A stretch of 64,000 bases of DNA, taken from assembly GCA_035292445.1 (NCBI GenBank), contig DATDQB010000002.1, positions 14,714-78,713 on the forward strand, given 5' to 3'. Shown here piece after piece: positions 25,317 through 35,014 of the stretch (position 1 is its first letter; each line of letters begins with the position of its first letter). The translations under genes were made by a program, and so were the position numbers. A model generated the notes under the pieces. It saw only the letters and a program-made list of their open reading frames with translations. It ran no database searches and had not been told where the DNA came from. This stretch comes from Candidatus Omnitrophota bacterium (GTDB lineage: Bacteria; Omnitrophota; Gorgyraeia; Zapsychrales; Zapsychraceae).

Positions 25317-25661
25317 ATGCGTCTTATATGGTTTGTCATCTTGAGTTTATTGGCTATCCCTGCTATTGCGCAGGAGGCGCGTTTTATGTATGATGATCAC
25401 GGTAAACGGGATCCATTTTTGCCTTTGGTGGGCGAGGGCGGCAACATCATCAGCTATGAAACCGATTTTACGGTTTCCGATCTGGTTCTAGAAGGGATCA
25501 TGGCCGGTTCGGAAGGGGCTCATATCGCCATCATCAACGGCAGGGTCGTCAAGGCAGGAGATCAGTTGGGCAATTTTTTCATCCAGGATGTGCAGCCGGA
25601 GTCGGTTATTATTAAAAAAGACAACCTAAAATTCGAACTAAAATTGGAAAAGGAGGATTAA
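25317..25661 (+). CDS. pilP: type IV pilus assembly lipoprotein PilP-like
   Basis: start taken at ATG 25317 giving signal peptide MRLIWFVILSLLAIPAIA (ORF track starts at 25284 overlapping pilO); conserved KRDPFLPL motif typical of PilP. Confidence 0.65.
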   Translation: MRLIWFVILSLLAIPAIAQEARFMYDDHGKRDPFLPLVGEGGNIISYETDFTVSDLVLEGIMAGSEGAHIAIINGRVVKAGDQLGNFFIQDVQPESVIIKKDNLKFELKLEKED

Positions 25662-25662
25662 C

Positions 25663-26982
25663 ATGTTTAAAAGAGTAATGGCTAGTGTAACCGCGTTGAT
25701 CTTTGTGGCGACGATGAGTTTTGCCCAAACGCCAACGCCGCAGGCCGCGACGGGAGAAGAAAATATCTCCATGAGCGCGGAAGGGTATGTAAGTTTGGAT
25801 TTCCGGGAAGCCGATATTCGAAACGTTTTTAAGATTCTTTCCTTTAAAAGCGGGGTGAATATCGTGGCCGGACCGGAGGTCACGGGAACGGTATCCATTC
25901 AGCTTAATAACGTCCCCTGGAAACAGGCCTTGGATGTTATCTTACAGACATACGGGTATGCCTATGAGCAAAGAGGCAACATCATTATCGTTACAACCGT
26001 GGAAAATCTCAAGAAACGACGGGAAGACGCCATGGTTTTGGCGGAACAGGAACCGGTGGAAACAAGGACGTATACGCTTAATTTCGGTAAGGCATCAGAA
26101 ATAATTGCTTCCTTAGAGAAAATGAAATCCGATCGAGGGAGCATCGATTTTGATGAACGCACGAACACCTTAATTATTACCGATTCAACCTCGAAATTGG
26201 ACTTGATGGCCACCGTTGTTGAAACGCTCGATTCTACGACGCCTCAGGTTCTTATTGAGGCAAAGATCGTGGAAACTCAGTTTAATGATGAGGAAAACCT
26301 GGGGATCGATTGGATCGTCCAGGCCTCCGCTCGAGGGGCGCTGCGCCCAACGACGTATCCGTTCACCAATCACTCAAGCAATAAATATCTGGTTGATGAT
26401 TTCGTGGAGCCGGAAGATGAAGATTTTACTTTCGGTACGCTCGATTTCAACCAGTTCCAGGTCGTTTTGGAAATGTTGAAAACAAGAAGCAACACGGAGA
26501 TCCTATCGAGTCCGCGTATTGTAACAGTGGACAACCAGACGGCATCCATTACCGTTGGCAGCCAATATCCCATTCCCACTTACACGTATAATGAGGAGCA
26601 AGCCCGTCTTCAAGTGTCCGGCTGGGAATACATGGATATCGGTATTATTTTTGATGTGACGCCGCATGTCAATGATGCCGGATTTGTCACAATTGACGTA
26701 CAGCCGAAGATTACGGCGATCTTGGATTTTGTCACGGTTGAGAATACGTCATTACCCCGTTTGAGTAATGAATCCGCCAAAACAAGCGTCATGGTTAAAG
26801 ACGGGGATACGTTGGTCATCGGCGGTTTGGTCAAAACACAGACCACGGAAACAAAGAAACGCACGCCGTTTCTCGGGGAGATTCCTATCCTCGGTTATGT
26901 GTTTCGTAAATCCGAAATGACCAATGAGAAGACCGATTTGATTATTTTCATTACGCCTCATATCATTACGCCTGAGATGTAA
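25663..26982 (+). CDS. pilQ: type IV pilus secretin PilQ (compact, no AMIN domains)
   Basis: 439 aa; signal peptide; C-terminal secretin signature GGLVKTQTTETKKRTPFLGEIPILGYVFRKSEMTNEKTDLIIFITPHII. Confidence 0.85.
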   Translation: MFKRVMASVTALIFVATMSFAQTPTPQAATGEENISMSAEGYVSLDFREADIRNVFKILSFKSGVNIVAGPEVTGTVSIQLNNVPWKQALDVILQTYGYAYEQRGNIIIVTTVENLKKRREDAMVLAEQEPVETRTYTLNFGKASEIIASLEKMKSDRGSIDFDERTNTLIITDSTSKLDLMATVVETLDSTTPQVLIEAKIVETQFNDEENLGIDWIVQASARGALRPTTYPFTNHSSNKYLVDDFVEPEDEDFTFGTLDFNQFQVVLEMLKTRSNTEILSSPRIVTVDNQTASITVGSQYPIPTYTYNEEQARLQVSGWEYMDIGIIFDVTPHVNDAGFVTIDVQPKITAILDFVTVENTSLPRLSNESAKTSVMVKDGDTLVIGGLVKTQTTETKKRTPFLGEIPILGYVFRKSEMTNEKTDLIIFITPHIITPEM

Positions 26983-26991
26983 TATTGTTGT

Positions 26992-27035
26992 TTGACACGT
27001 TCGGCCCCGCCAACGGGCGGGGCCCTCAGTGTCAA
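26992..27035 (+). repeat. intergenic hairpin repeat, module I (copy B)
   Basis: TTGACAC-gTTCGG-CCCCGCC-aacg-GGCGGGG-CCCTCA-GTGTCAA. Confidence 0.7.
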
Positions 27036-27040
27036 CCCTG

Positions 27041-27110
27041 AGGATACCCTGCGGTCAAAACGTTGAGAATAAGTTTCGATAAGTGTTTGGGGTATACGAA
27101 TGGGTTGACA
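27041..27110 (+). repeat. intergenic repeat module II, copy B
   Basis: GGATACCC...GGGGTATACGAATGGGTTGACA. Confidence 0.6.
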
Positions 27111-27174
27111 AGAGGCATCGGGGACTTCAAGGGGAGTCCGTGTAAACCTTTTTAAGAAAGGCTTTGGTGGTGTA

Positions 27175-28503
27175 TTGTCAAAAGAAATCCTTATTCAGAC
27201 CCAGAAAGGTGAACGGCAGGTTGCGATTATTGAGAATGGGCGCGTGGATGATTTTCATATTGAAGTTGACCGTTACCAGTCACTTTTAGGGAATATTTAC
27301 AAAGGGAGGGTGGAATCGATTCTGCCCTCCATTAACGCGGCATTTGTCAATATAGGGCAAGAACGAAACGGCTTCTTGTATTTGACCGATGCGGTAGAGC
27401 CTCCTCCTGTCATCGATGGCGAAGAAAATCAGCCTCAAGGTATTTTAGGCCGCATTTTTCGCGGTAAACAGAAAAATCCCGAAGGGCAACGTCCCCCACA
27501 TCCTCCCAAAAAAGATAGAAACGAGATTCCCTTTAAGGTCGGTCAAGAAATTCTCGTCCAAGTCGTGAAAGACCCTTTTGGAGAGAAGGGGGCCCGCCTG
27601 ACAACGCACATCTCTTTGCCCGGACGGTTTGTCGTTTATATGCCTTTCGACAAGCAAATGGGCGTCTCCAAAAAGATTGAGAACACCGAAGAGCGCCAAC
27701 GGCTTCGGGAGATCATCAAAGGTTTTACCTTTGTGAGGACAGGGGGCTTCATCATCCGCACGGCGTCTTTAAAGCAGCAGAAGCATGACCTTATCCGCGA
27801 CGCCAAATTCCTTTATAAGATCTGGACGAAGATCCACAAAAAGGCCGAAGAAGAAAAAGCCCCGGCCTTGATCTATGAGGAGGGGGATTTGACGTGGGTT
27901 ATTGTCCGGGATTATTTGACGGAAAAAATTGATAGCGTCATTATTGACAATGAAAGCGACCTTCAGCGGATCCGGCGTATTGTTCAGACCTTGATCGGGC
28001 GTTCGATGGTTAACCGGATCCAGCTTTATACGGGTAAGCAGCTTTTATTTGAGGCCAAAAATGTCGATAAAGAACTGTTGACCATTTATGACACGCACGT
28101 TCATGTAAAATCCGGCGCCTATATTGTCATCGAGCAGACGGAAGGCTTAACGGTCGTGGACGTCAACAGCGGCCGGTTTAAGGTCAAAGCCTCTCCCGGC
28201 GATGCCGCCTTTATGGTCAATATGGAAGTGATCCCTGAGATTGCCCGCCAGTTGCGCCTGAGGGACCTGGGGGGGATTATCGTTATTGATTTTATTGATA
28301 TGACCAGGGAGGAACATAAACGAAGGCTATTGGAAGCGCTTAACCGGGCCCTCACCAAAGACCCCGCCAAAACAGAAGTTTTTAAAATCTCTCCTTTAGG
28401 GCTTGTGGAAATGACCCGGGCCAGAACAGGGAAAACGATCGAATCCATTTCCTTTGGGGAATGCCCGTATTGTGACGGCCGCGGCCGGGTTCGCCTCGTC
28501 TAA
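27175..28503 (+). CDS. rng: RNase E/G family ribonuclease (Rng-like)
   Basis: 442 aa, TTG start; N-terminal S1 domain, RNase E/G catalytic core; C-terminal Zn-link CPYCDGRG. Confidence 0.8.
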   Translation: MSKEILIQTQKGERQVAIIENGRVDDFHIEVDRYQSLLGNIYKGRVESILPSINAAFVNIGQERNGFLYLTDAVEPPPVIDGEENQPQGILGRIFRGKQKNPEGQRPPHPPKKDRNEIPFKVGQEILVQVVKDPFGEKGARLTTHISLPGRFVVYMPFDKQMGVSKKIENTEERQRLREIIKGFTFVRTGGFIIRTASLKQQKHDLIRDAKFLYKIWTKIHKKAEEEKAPALIYEEGDLTWVIVRDYLTEKIDSVIIDNESDLQRIRRIVQTLIGRSMVNRIQLYTGKQLLFEAKNVDKELLTIYDTHVHVKSGAYIVIEQTEGLTVVDVNSGRFKVKASPGDAAFMVNMEVIPEIARQLRLRDLGGIIVIDFIDMTREEHKRRLLEALNRALTKDPAKTEVFKISPLGLVEMTRARTGKTIESISFGECPYCDGRGRVRLV

Positions 28504-28636
28504 CACCGCCCATAAAAATTCATTGTAAATTTCGCGATTTTGAATACAATGATAAGACAATAAATTATTAATATTAATATAAAAGTACCTCCCATGCTAG
28601 GAAGGTATTTTCATGATGGAGAAGGAGGATTAAGGT

Positions 28637-28948
28637 ATGTATGCTGTTATTGAGATAAGCTCTTCTCAATTTAAAGTCGCCGAAGGGGACATGATTGAGG
28701 CCGACCGCATTGATGAAAAGGAAGGCAAAAATATTAAGCTCGAGAAAGTACTTCTTTTTGCCAAAGGCAGTGATATCCGCGTTGGCCAGCCTTATTTAAA
28801 AGACGTAAAGGTGGAGGCATCCGTTGTTAAACACCATGAGGATAGTAAAGTGATTGCTTTCAAGTTCCGGCGCAGAAAGCATTTCGCCAATAAAAAAGGG
28901 CAGCGTCATCAACGCACCACCTTAAGCATCACTAAAATTATCGTCTAG
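28637..28948 (+). CDS. rplU: 50S ribosomal protein L21
   Basis: 103 aa; MYAVIEISSSQFKV... canonical L21 start. Confidence 0.9.
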   Translation: MYAVIEISSSQFKVAEGDMIEADRIDEKEGKNIKLEKVLLFAKGSDIRVGQPYLKDVKVEASVVKHHEDSKVIAFKFRRRKHFANKKGQRHQRTTLSITKIIV

Positions 28949-28964
28949 GTAAGGTTGCTATAGT

Positions 28965-29945
28965 ATGATCTTTGTTGATGAGGCCAAAATATTCGTCAAG
29001 GCCGGGGACGGGGGCAAGGGGTGCGAAAGTTTTTATAGGGATAAGTACACCCGCTACCCTCGAGCCGACGGCGGCGATGGCGGGCGGGGCGGCGATGTAA
29101 GCTTGGTGGCCAGCAAAAGCGTCCATACGCTTTTGGATTTCAAATATCAACAGCATTTTAAAGCATCCAAAGGCGGTAACGGCAGCAGCAAAGGAAAAAC
29201 GGGGAGGGAAGGTCAGGATTGTATCATCCGCGTCCCGCTAGGAACCATGATCAGGGATGCCCAGACCGATCTTTTAATGAAGGACTTGGTTGAGGACGGC
29301 CAGCAGGTGGTGGTGGCCAAAGGCGGCAAAGGCGGTATCGGCAACAAGCATAAGAGAATACCGGCCCCACCGGAGGCAGGCGAAGAGCGATGGCTTCATT
29401 TGGAGCTGAAGCTTATTGCCGATGTTGGTATCATCGGGTTTCCCAACGCGGGTAAATCGACCCTCATTTCCAGCATTTCCAAGGTTAGATCAAAAATCGC
29501 CAATTATCCTTTTACTACCAAGCAACCGATCCTAGGCATTGTTTTCGGGGAGGACAGCCATTTCATTGTTGCTGATTTGCCCGGTATCATCGAGGGGGCT
29601 CATCAAGGGAAGGGCTTGGGAGACCGGTTTCTTAAACACGCCGAGCGCACCAAAGTTTTAGTTCATTTGATTGATATGGCCGGTTCTGAGGGCCGCGATC
29701 CGTTGGATGATTATGAAAAGGTCAATCACGAAATTGAGCAATACAGCGGGCCACTGATCATCAAACACAAAATTGTCGTTGCCAACAAAATGGATTTACC
29801 GCAGGCGCAGGAGCATCTTAAGCGCTTTAAAAAGAAATACGGTCGGGACATCTTAGCGATTTCGTCTTTACAAAAAGAAGGGTTGGATCAGCTCATCAAG
29901 CGGATCCAGGATATTTTATGTACCGAAAATTCCCCCGCGAAATAA
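28965..29945 (+). CDS. obg: GTPase Obg (short form, no C-terminal TGS/OCT domain)
   Basis: 326 aa; N-terminal Gly-rich Obg fold (FVDEAKIFVKAGDGGKGC...GGDGGRGG), G1 GFPNAGKST, G3 DLPG, G4 NKMD. Confidence 0.9.
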   Translation: MIFVDEAKIFVKAGDGGKGCESFYRDKYTRYPRADGGDGGRGGDVSLVASKSVHTLLDFKYQQHFKASKGGNGSSKGKTGREGQDCIIRVPLGTMIRDAQTDLLMKDLVEDGQQVVVAKGGKGGIGNKHKRIPAPPEAGEERWLHLELKLIADVGIIGFPNAGKSTLISSISKVRSKIANYPFTTKQPILGIVFGEDSHFIVADLPGIIEGAHQGKGLGDRFLKHAERTKVLVHLIDMAGSEGRDPLDDYEKVNHEIEQYSGPLIIKHKIVVANKMDLPQAQEHLKRFKKKYGRDILAISSLQKEGLDQLIKRIQDILCTENSPAK

Positions 29946-31009
29946 AACGCGTTGTCATCAAGGTCGGCTCCAGCGTGATCGCCACTTATAAAATGAAGCC
30001 GAAGATAACGCATTTGCGTTCTTTGGTCGCTCAGATCTGCGCCGCCCAAAAAAACGGAATGGAAGTGATCTTGGTCAGCTCCGGCGCCATTGTTCTGGGG
30101 ATGGGAGAGCTCAAGCAAAAAACGCGTTCCTTGGACCTGGCGCAGCTTCAGGCGACCGCTGCCGTCGGACAAACGGTTTTGATGAACACGTATAACGCAT
30201 TATTCAAAAAACATAAAGGCTGCTGTGCGCAGGTGCTCTTGACGTGGGATGATTTTAACGACCGCAGCCGGTTCAATAACGCCTCCAATGCGTTTGCGGC
30301 GATGCTGGATATGGGCATCGTTCCTGTGGTGAATGAAAACGATACGATATCAACGGAAGAGATTAAATTCGGCGACAATGACCGTTTATCGGCGATGCTG
30401 GCGAGCATGATGAAGGCGGATCTGCTGGTGATCTTGTCGGATGTGGAGGGGTTATACGACCTTAAAAACGGTGAGAAGAAAGTTTTTGAAGAGATCAAGG
30501 AGATCACCCAGGATATTCAGGAAATAGCCGGTGGGACGGCCAAGAAGCAGATCTCCAAAGGCGGCATGACGGCCAAACTGGAAGCAATCAAGATCGCGAC
30601 CAAAGCCAACACGCCTTGCATTATTGCCCACGGCGAAACGGAGAACGTATTAGAGAGGATATTAAAGGGCGAACGCATTGGCACGCTCTTTATCGAGCGG
30701 GAGGAAAAATTTTTGGCCAGGAAGCATTGGATTTCTTTCGGTGCCAAGCCTAAGGGGATTTTAATCGTCGATGACGGGGCAAAGGTGGCTTTATTAAAGG
30801 GGGGCAAAAGCCTGTTGCTGCCTGGCATCGTTTCCTGGAGCGGCCATTTTCAAAAGCATGATATCGTTATTGTCCAGGACAATGAAAAGCAAGAAATCGC
30901 GCGGGGCATCACAAATTATTCCACCGCCGATTTAGAGAATGTTCAGGATAAAAAGGGAAAGCCTGAAGTCATTCATGTGGATAACATGGTTTTTTCCGAA
31001 CGTTTTTAA
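29918..31009 (+). CDS. proB: glutamate 5-kinase with C-terminal PUA domain
   Basis: 363 aa; amino-acid kinase fold (IKVGSSVI, VVNENDT) and PUA domain; overlaps obg 3' end by 28 nt. Confidence 0.9.
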   Translation: MYRKFPREIKRVVIKVGSSVIATYKMKPKITHLRSLVAQICAAQKNGMEVILVSSGAIVLGMGELKQKTRSLDLAQLQATAAVGQTVLMNTYNALFKKHKGCCAQVLLTWDDFNDRSRFNNASNAFAAMLDMGIVPVVNENDTISTEEIKFGDNDRLSAMLASMMKADLLVILSDVEGLYDLKNGEKKVFEEIKEITQDIQEIAGGTAKKQISKGGMTAKLEAIKIATKANTPCIIAHGETENVLERILKGERIGTLFIEREEKFLARKHWISFGAKPKGILIVDDGAKVALLKGGKSLLLPGIVSWSGHFQKHDIVIVQDNEKQEIARGITNYSTADLENVQDKKGKPEVIHVDNMVFSERF

Positions 31010-31017
31010 AGGCAAAT

Positions 31018-32283
31018 ATGAGCACGAAATTATCTCAACAAATTGAAACGCTTGCCAAGAAAGCAAAGTTGGCTTCACGGGAGATGTCTTTGCTTTCGAC
31101 GGCTGTCAAAGACAAAGCCCTTAAGGATATGGCCAAAGCCCTTGTGAACAACCAAGCTTTTCTCATGAGGGAAAATAAGAGAGACCTGCAATACGCCAAA
31201 ACCAATCGCTTAAGTAGCGCCCTTATTGACCGTTTAACGCTTAATGAAAAGCGCATCAAAGCGATGGCCGATAGCCTTTTGGAGATGGTCAAGATCAAAG
31301 ACCCTGTCGGAGAAGTGATCAAAACGACCAAACGCCCGAACGGGCTTGTGATCAAGAAAGTGCGCACGCCCATCGGTGTCATCGGGATCATTTTTGAGTC
31401 ACGACCTAACGTCACCAGCGATTGCATCGGGTTGTGCCTGAAATCCGGCAATGCCGCCTTTCTCAAAGGTGGCAAAGAGGCGTGCTATTCCAACAAGGCC
31501 GTTTATGATTGTGTTATCAAAGCGCTTAAATCCGGCCCCATACCGTTGGATGCCATTCAGCTTCTTTCTTCGACGGACCGCGAAGCCCTTCATATTTTTC
31601 TCAAAATGGATCGCTATGTTGATCTGATCATTCCGCGCGGCGGGGAAGGGTTGATCCGTTTCGTGGCGGAGCATACCCGTATTCCCGTCATCAAGCATTA
31701 TAAAGGCGTTTGCCACACGTATGTCAGTAGTAAAGCCGATATCGGCATGGCCCGGCGCATTTGCATCAATGCCAAGGTGCAGCGGCCGGGGGTTTGCAAC
31801 GCCATGGAAACGATGCTGGTCCATAAAGATATCGCCAAGAAATTCCTTCCCGTGATGATCGAAGATCTTAAACAATGCGGCGTCGAAATCCGGGCGGATG
31901 ACAAAACGCGCGCCATCGTTAAAGACGGCATCAAAAAGGCAAGTGAGAAAGATTGGTATGAGGAATATCTGGACCTCATTTTGTCGGTGAGAGTGGTGGA
32001 TAATACCAAGCAGGCGATCGACCATATCAACACCTACGGCTCCGCGCATTCGGACGCGATCGTTACCAATGACAAGAAAGAGGCCGCTCAGTTCCTGAAG
32101 GCCGTTGATTCCTCGAGCGTGTTTGTCAACACCTCAACGCGTTTTGCCGACGGGTACGAATACGGCTTCGGGGCGGAAGTGGGCATCAGCACCGACAAGC
32201 TTCACGCGCGCGGGCCCATGGCATTGGAAGAGTTAACTACCTATAAATATATCGTTGAAGGCAAAGGGCAGATTCGAGAGTGA
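31018..32283 (+). CDS. proA: gamma-glutamyl phosphate reductase
   Basis: 421 aa; aldehyde dehydrogenase-family fold with catalytic Cys (VCNAMETMLVH); directly after proB. Confidence 0.9.
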   Translation: MSTKLSQQIETLAKKAKLASREMSLLSTAVKDKALKDMAKALVNNQAFLMRENKRDLQYAKTNRLSSALIDRLTLNEKRIKAMADSLLEMVKIKDPVGEVIKTTKRPNGLVIKKVRTPIGVIGIIFESRPNVTSDCIGLCLKSGNAAFLKGGKEACYSNKAVYDCVIKALKSGPIPLDAIQLLSSTDREALHIFLKMDRYVDLIIPRGGEGLIRFVAEHTRIPVIKHYKGVCHTYVSSKADIGMARRICINAKVQRPGVCNAMETMLVHKDIAKKFLPVMIEDLKQCGVEIRADDKTRAIVKDGIKKASEKDWYEEYLDLILSVRVVDNTKQAIDHINTYGSAHSDAIVTNDKKEAAQFLKAVDSSSVFVNTSTRFADGYEYGFGAEVGISTDKLHARGPMALEELTTYKYIVEGKGQIRE

Positions 32284-32855
32284 AACGCATAGGCATTCTC
32301 GGTGGTACGTTTAATCCGGTCCATATCGGCCATTTGGCCGTCGCCCAGATCGTGTGCGACGCGCTTAAATTGGACAAGGTCCTTTTTATCCCTTCATTTT
32401 ACCCTCCCCACAAAAGCCGTGAGCATGTTTTATCCGTCCGGCATCGCGCTGCCATGGTACAGCTGGCCATCAAGGATAATCCGAAGTTTAAATTGAACGA
32501 TTTTGAAATCAAGCACCCGCGAAAATCCTACAGCATTCATACGTTGCAATACCTTCATAAGTTCTACCCGGCCGGGACAAAATTCTATTTTATTGTCGGA
32601 AGCGATATGTTGCCCGGTTTAAAGAATTGGCGGCGTATTGATGAGTTGAGCAAGCTAACACAATTTATCGTGGTCAGCCGCAAAGGTTTTAAGCCGGTTA
32701 AAACAGGGTTCAAAGTAAGGACCATACCAACGTTGGATCTGGGCATCTCTTCCAGTTACTTAAGAAGGTGTTTGAAGGAGAAGAAAACGGTAAAATATTT
32801 ATTGCCTGAAGGCGTATTAGCGTATATAAAGAAACATAAACTGTATTTGCGTTAG
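32280..32855 (+). CDS. nadD: nicotinate-nucleotide adenylyltransferase
   Basis: 191 aa; GILGGTFNPVHIGH (H/T-x-GH nucleotidyltransferase motif); overlaps proA stop. Confidence 0.85.
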   Translation: MKRIGILGGTFNPVHIGHLAVAQIVCDALKLDKVLFIPSFYPPHKSREHVLSVRHRAAMVQLAIKDNPKFKLNDFEIKHPRKSYSIHTLQYLHKFYPAGTKFYFIVGSDMLPGLKNWRRIDELSKLTQFIVVSRKGFKPVKTGFKVRTIPTLDLGISSSYLRRCLKEKKTVKYLLPEGVLAYIKKHKLYLR

Positions 32856-32874
32856 GGAATCGAAAGGACAAGCG

Positions 32875-34296
32875 ATGGAAAATTTAAAACAGGAGATAAA
32901 ATTCGGCACCGATGGATGGCGGGGCGTTATTTCGGATAATTTTACGTTCAAGAATGTCCGCCTCGTGGCGCAGGCCATCAGTGAATGGATCAAGGATGAT
33001 TTCAAAAGCGCGGGTGCGCCCAACCTGAGAGTCGCCCTCGGTTACGATGCCCGTTTTCTTTCCAAAGAATACGCCGAGATCGTCAGCAGTGTCTTGGCGG
33101 CCAATAATATAAAGGTATATTTATCGGATGAGATGATCCCAACCCCGGCCTTAAGTTACGGTGTTGTGGACATTAAAGGCGTTTGCGGGGTCATGATAAC
33201 CGCCAGCCACAACCCGGCCAAATTCAACGGCATTAAAATCAAAACAAGCCAGGGCGGCGGCGCTGGCAAAGATATCACCGATAAAGTGGAAGGCTTTCTT
33301 GGGAAAACATCCGTTCAGTCAGTTGATTTATTGGATGCCATCGAACGAAAAATGATTATGATGCATGATTTTAAGAAAGTGTATTTAAAATTCATGAAAA
33401 GTTATATCGATTTGGCAAAGATCAAAAAGGCCCGGTTCAAGGTGATTCAGGATGTGATGCATGGAAGCGGTGGCCGGATACTGGAGGAAGTGCTCAAAGG
33501 CAGCCAGCTTAAAGTTACGTTAATGCGCGCTGAAGTGAATCCTTCTTTCGGCGGGGTAAAGCCGGAACCGATCGCCGAATATTTGCCAGAAATTTTATCC
33601 CGCGTAAAAAAAGAAAAATATGATTTAGGCCTTGTTCTCGACGGCGATGCGGACCGCATCGGGGCGGTGGCTCCGGGCGGTGAATTCATAAGCCCGCAAC
33701 GGATCTTGGGGCTTATCATCCTTCATTTGGTCCGTAACAAGAAAAGGACCGGCGGGATCGTCAAAACGACCTGCGGCACGACCATGCTGGATCACATCGC
33801 CAAAAAGTTGAGGTGCAAGCTTTATGAAACGCCGGTCGGCTTTAAGTACATTTCCGATCTGATGGTCAAAGAAAAAATAGTTGCTGGTGGCGAAGAAGCG
33901 GGCGGGATCGGGGTTCAGGATTATATTCCCGAACGTGATGGAACATTAGCAGGGTTACTGTTATTGGAGATGATGGTGTATCAAAAGAAGAACATTAAAC
34001 AGCTTTTGAACGAGATGGAAAAGGAGTTCGGCCGTTATTATTATGAGCGGGCCGATCTGGACTTGCGCGGGCGCACTTTTGATGCAAAAAAGATCAAGAG
34101 TTTACCCTCCTTATTAGGGAAGAGAGTCGTTGAGGTCAAGGATTACGATGGCATTAAGCTCATTTGCGAAGACGAAAGCTGGCTCATGCTGCGTCCCTCC
34201 GGCACGGAACCTCTGGTTCGCGCCTATTCAGAAGCAAAATCCCTCCAGAAAGCCAAACAACTGCTTAAAATCGGCGAAGACCTCCTTAAGTCCTGA
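32875..34296 (+). CDS. alpha-D-phosphohexomutase family (phosphoglucomutase/phosphomannomutase)
   Basis: 473 aa; active-site Ser loop TASHNPAKFNG, metal loop DGDADR, sugar loop GGEEAGG. Confidence 0.8.
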   Translation: MENLKQEIKFGTDGWRGVISDNFTFKNVRLVAQAISEWIKDDFKSAGAPNLRVALGYDARFLSKEYAEIVSSVLAANNIKVYLSDEMIPTPALSYGVVDIKGVCGVMITASHNPAKFNGIKIKTSQGGGAGKDITDKVEGFLGKTSVQSVDLLDAIERKMIMMHDFKKVYLKFMKSYIDLAKIKKARFKVIQDVMHGSGGRILEEVLKGSQLKVTLMRAEVNPSFGGVKPEPIAEYLPEILSRVKKEKYDLGLVLDGDADRIGAVAPGGEFISPQRILGLIILHLVRNKKRTGGIVKTTCGTTMLDHIAKKLRCKLYETPVGFKYISDLMVKEKIVAGGEEAGGIGVQDYIPERDGTLAGLLLLEMMVYQKKNIKQLLNEMEKEFGRYYYERADLDLRGRTFDAKKIKSLPSLLGKRVVEVKDYDGIKLICEDESWLMLRPSGTEPLVRAYSEAKSLQKAKQLLKIGEDLLKS

Positions 34297-34889
34297 TGAG
34301 AATCATTTATTATATTTCTATCTTTTTTTTATACCTTCTCGACCGGGTGTATTCCCGGGTAACTGTTTATGGCAAAGAACATATGCCCAAAGGGGCTTTT
34401 ATCATGGCCAGCAACCATATCAGCAATTTCGATCCGTTTCTATTAGGGCTGACCTCTATCCGTTTTTACGGTTTCATGGCCAAGGAGGATCTTTTCAAGA
34501 ATAAGCTGATGTCATTCTTTTTTTATCAGGTCGGGGCTTTCCCCGTCAAGAGAGATACGGTGGACTTTTATGCTGTCAGAGAAGCGTTGCGCCGGCTAAA
34601 ATCGGGGCAGCCGTTAATAATGTTTCCTGAAGGAACGCGCGGTGTGAGCGGTCGTGTCAAGAAAATCAATCCAGGCATAGGTTTGCTTGTCCAGAAATCG
34701 AAAGTCCCTGTCCTGCCGGCCTATATCAAAGGCTCCGATAAGGCCCTGCCCCACAATGCCAAATGGTTCAAGCGCTACCCGGTCACTATTGTCATTGGTG
34801 AGCCCATCACGTTTCGTGACGATATGACCCATACCGAGATTGCGCTGGCGATTATGGATAAGGTGCAATCCCTGGCGGATGTCGTTTAA
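34296..34889 (+). CDS. plsC: 1-acyl-sn-glycerol-3-phosphate acyltransferase
   Basis: 197 aa; NHISNFD (HxxxxD) and FPEGTR motifs. Confidence 0.85.
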   Translation: MRIIYYISIFFLYLLDRVYSRVTVYGKEHMPKGAFIMASNHISNFDPFLLGLTSIRFYGFMAKEDLFKNKLMSFFFYQVGAFPVKRDTVDFYAVREALRRLKSGQPLIMFPEGTRGVSGRVKKINPGIGLLVQKSKVPVLPAYIKGSDKALPHNAKWFKRYPVTIVIGEPITFRDDMTHTEIALAIMDKVQSLADVV

Positions 34890-34899
34890 AATATTTTAT

Positions 34900-34927
34900 T
34901 TGACAAATACGATAAATTTGCGATAAT
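34900..34927 (+). promoter_or_regulatory. candidate sigma70 promoter for rpsA (TTGACA-N16-GATAAT)
   Basis: seen at 34900-34905 / 34922-34927, about 90 nt upstream of rpsA ATG. Confidence 0.45.
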
Positions 34928-35014
34928 GGGGTACTTTTTAGAGGTGTCTAACTCTAACTATTTGAGCTAGTTACTTCTTAAAAGAATCGTTCTAAAAAGA
35001 AGAGGTATTTATTC

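Noticed and set aside
31399-32049. 216-aa minus-strand ORF inside proA
   Set aside because: It is antisense to a well-supported proA, with no RBS or start context.
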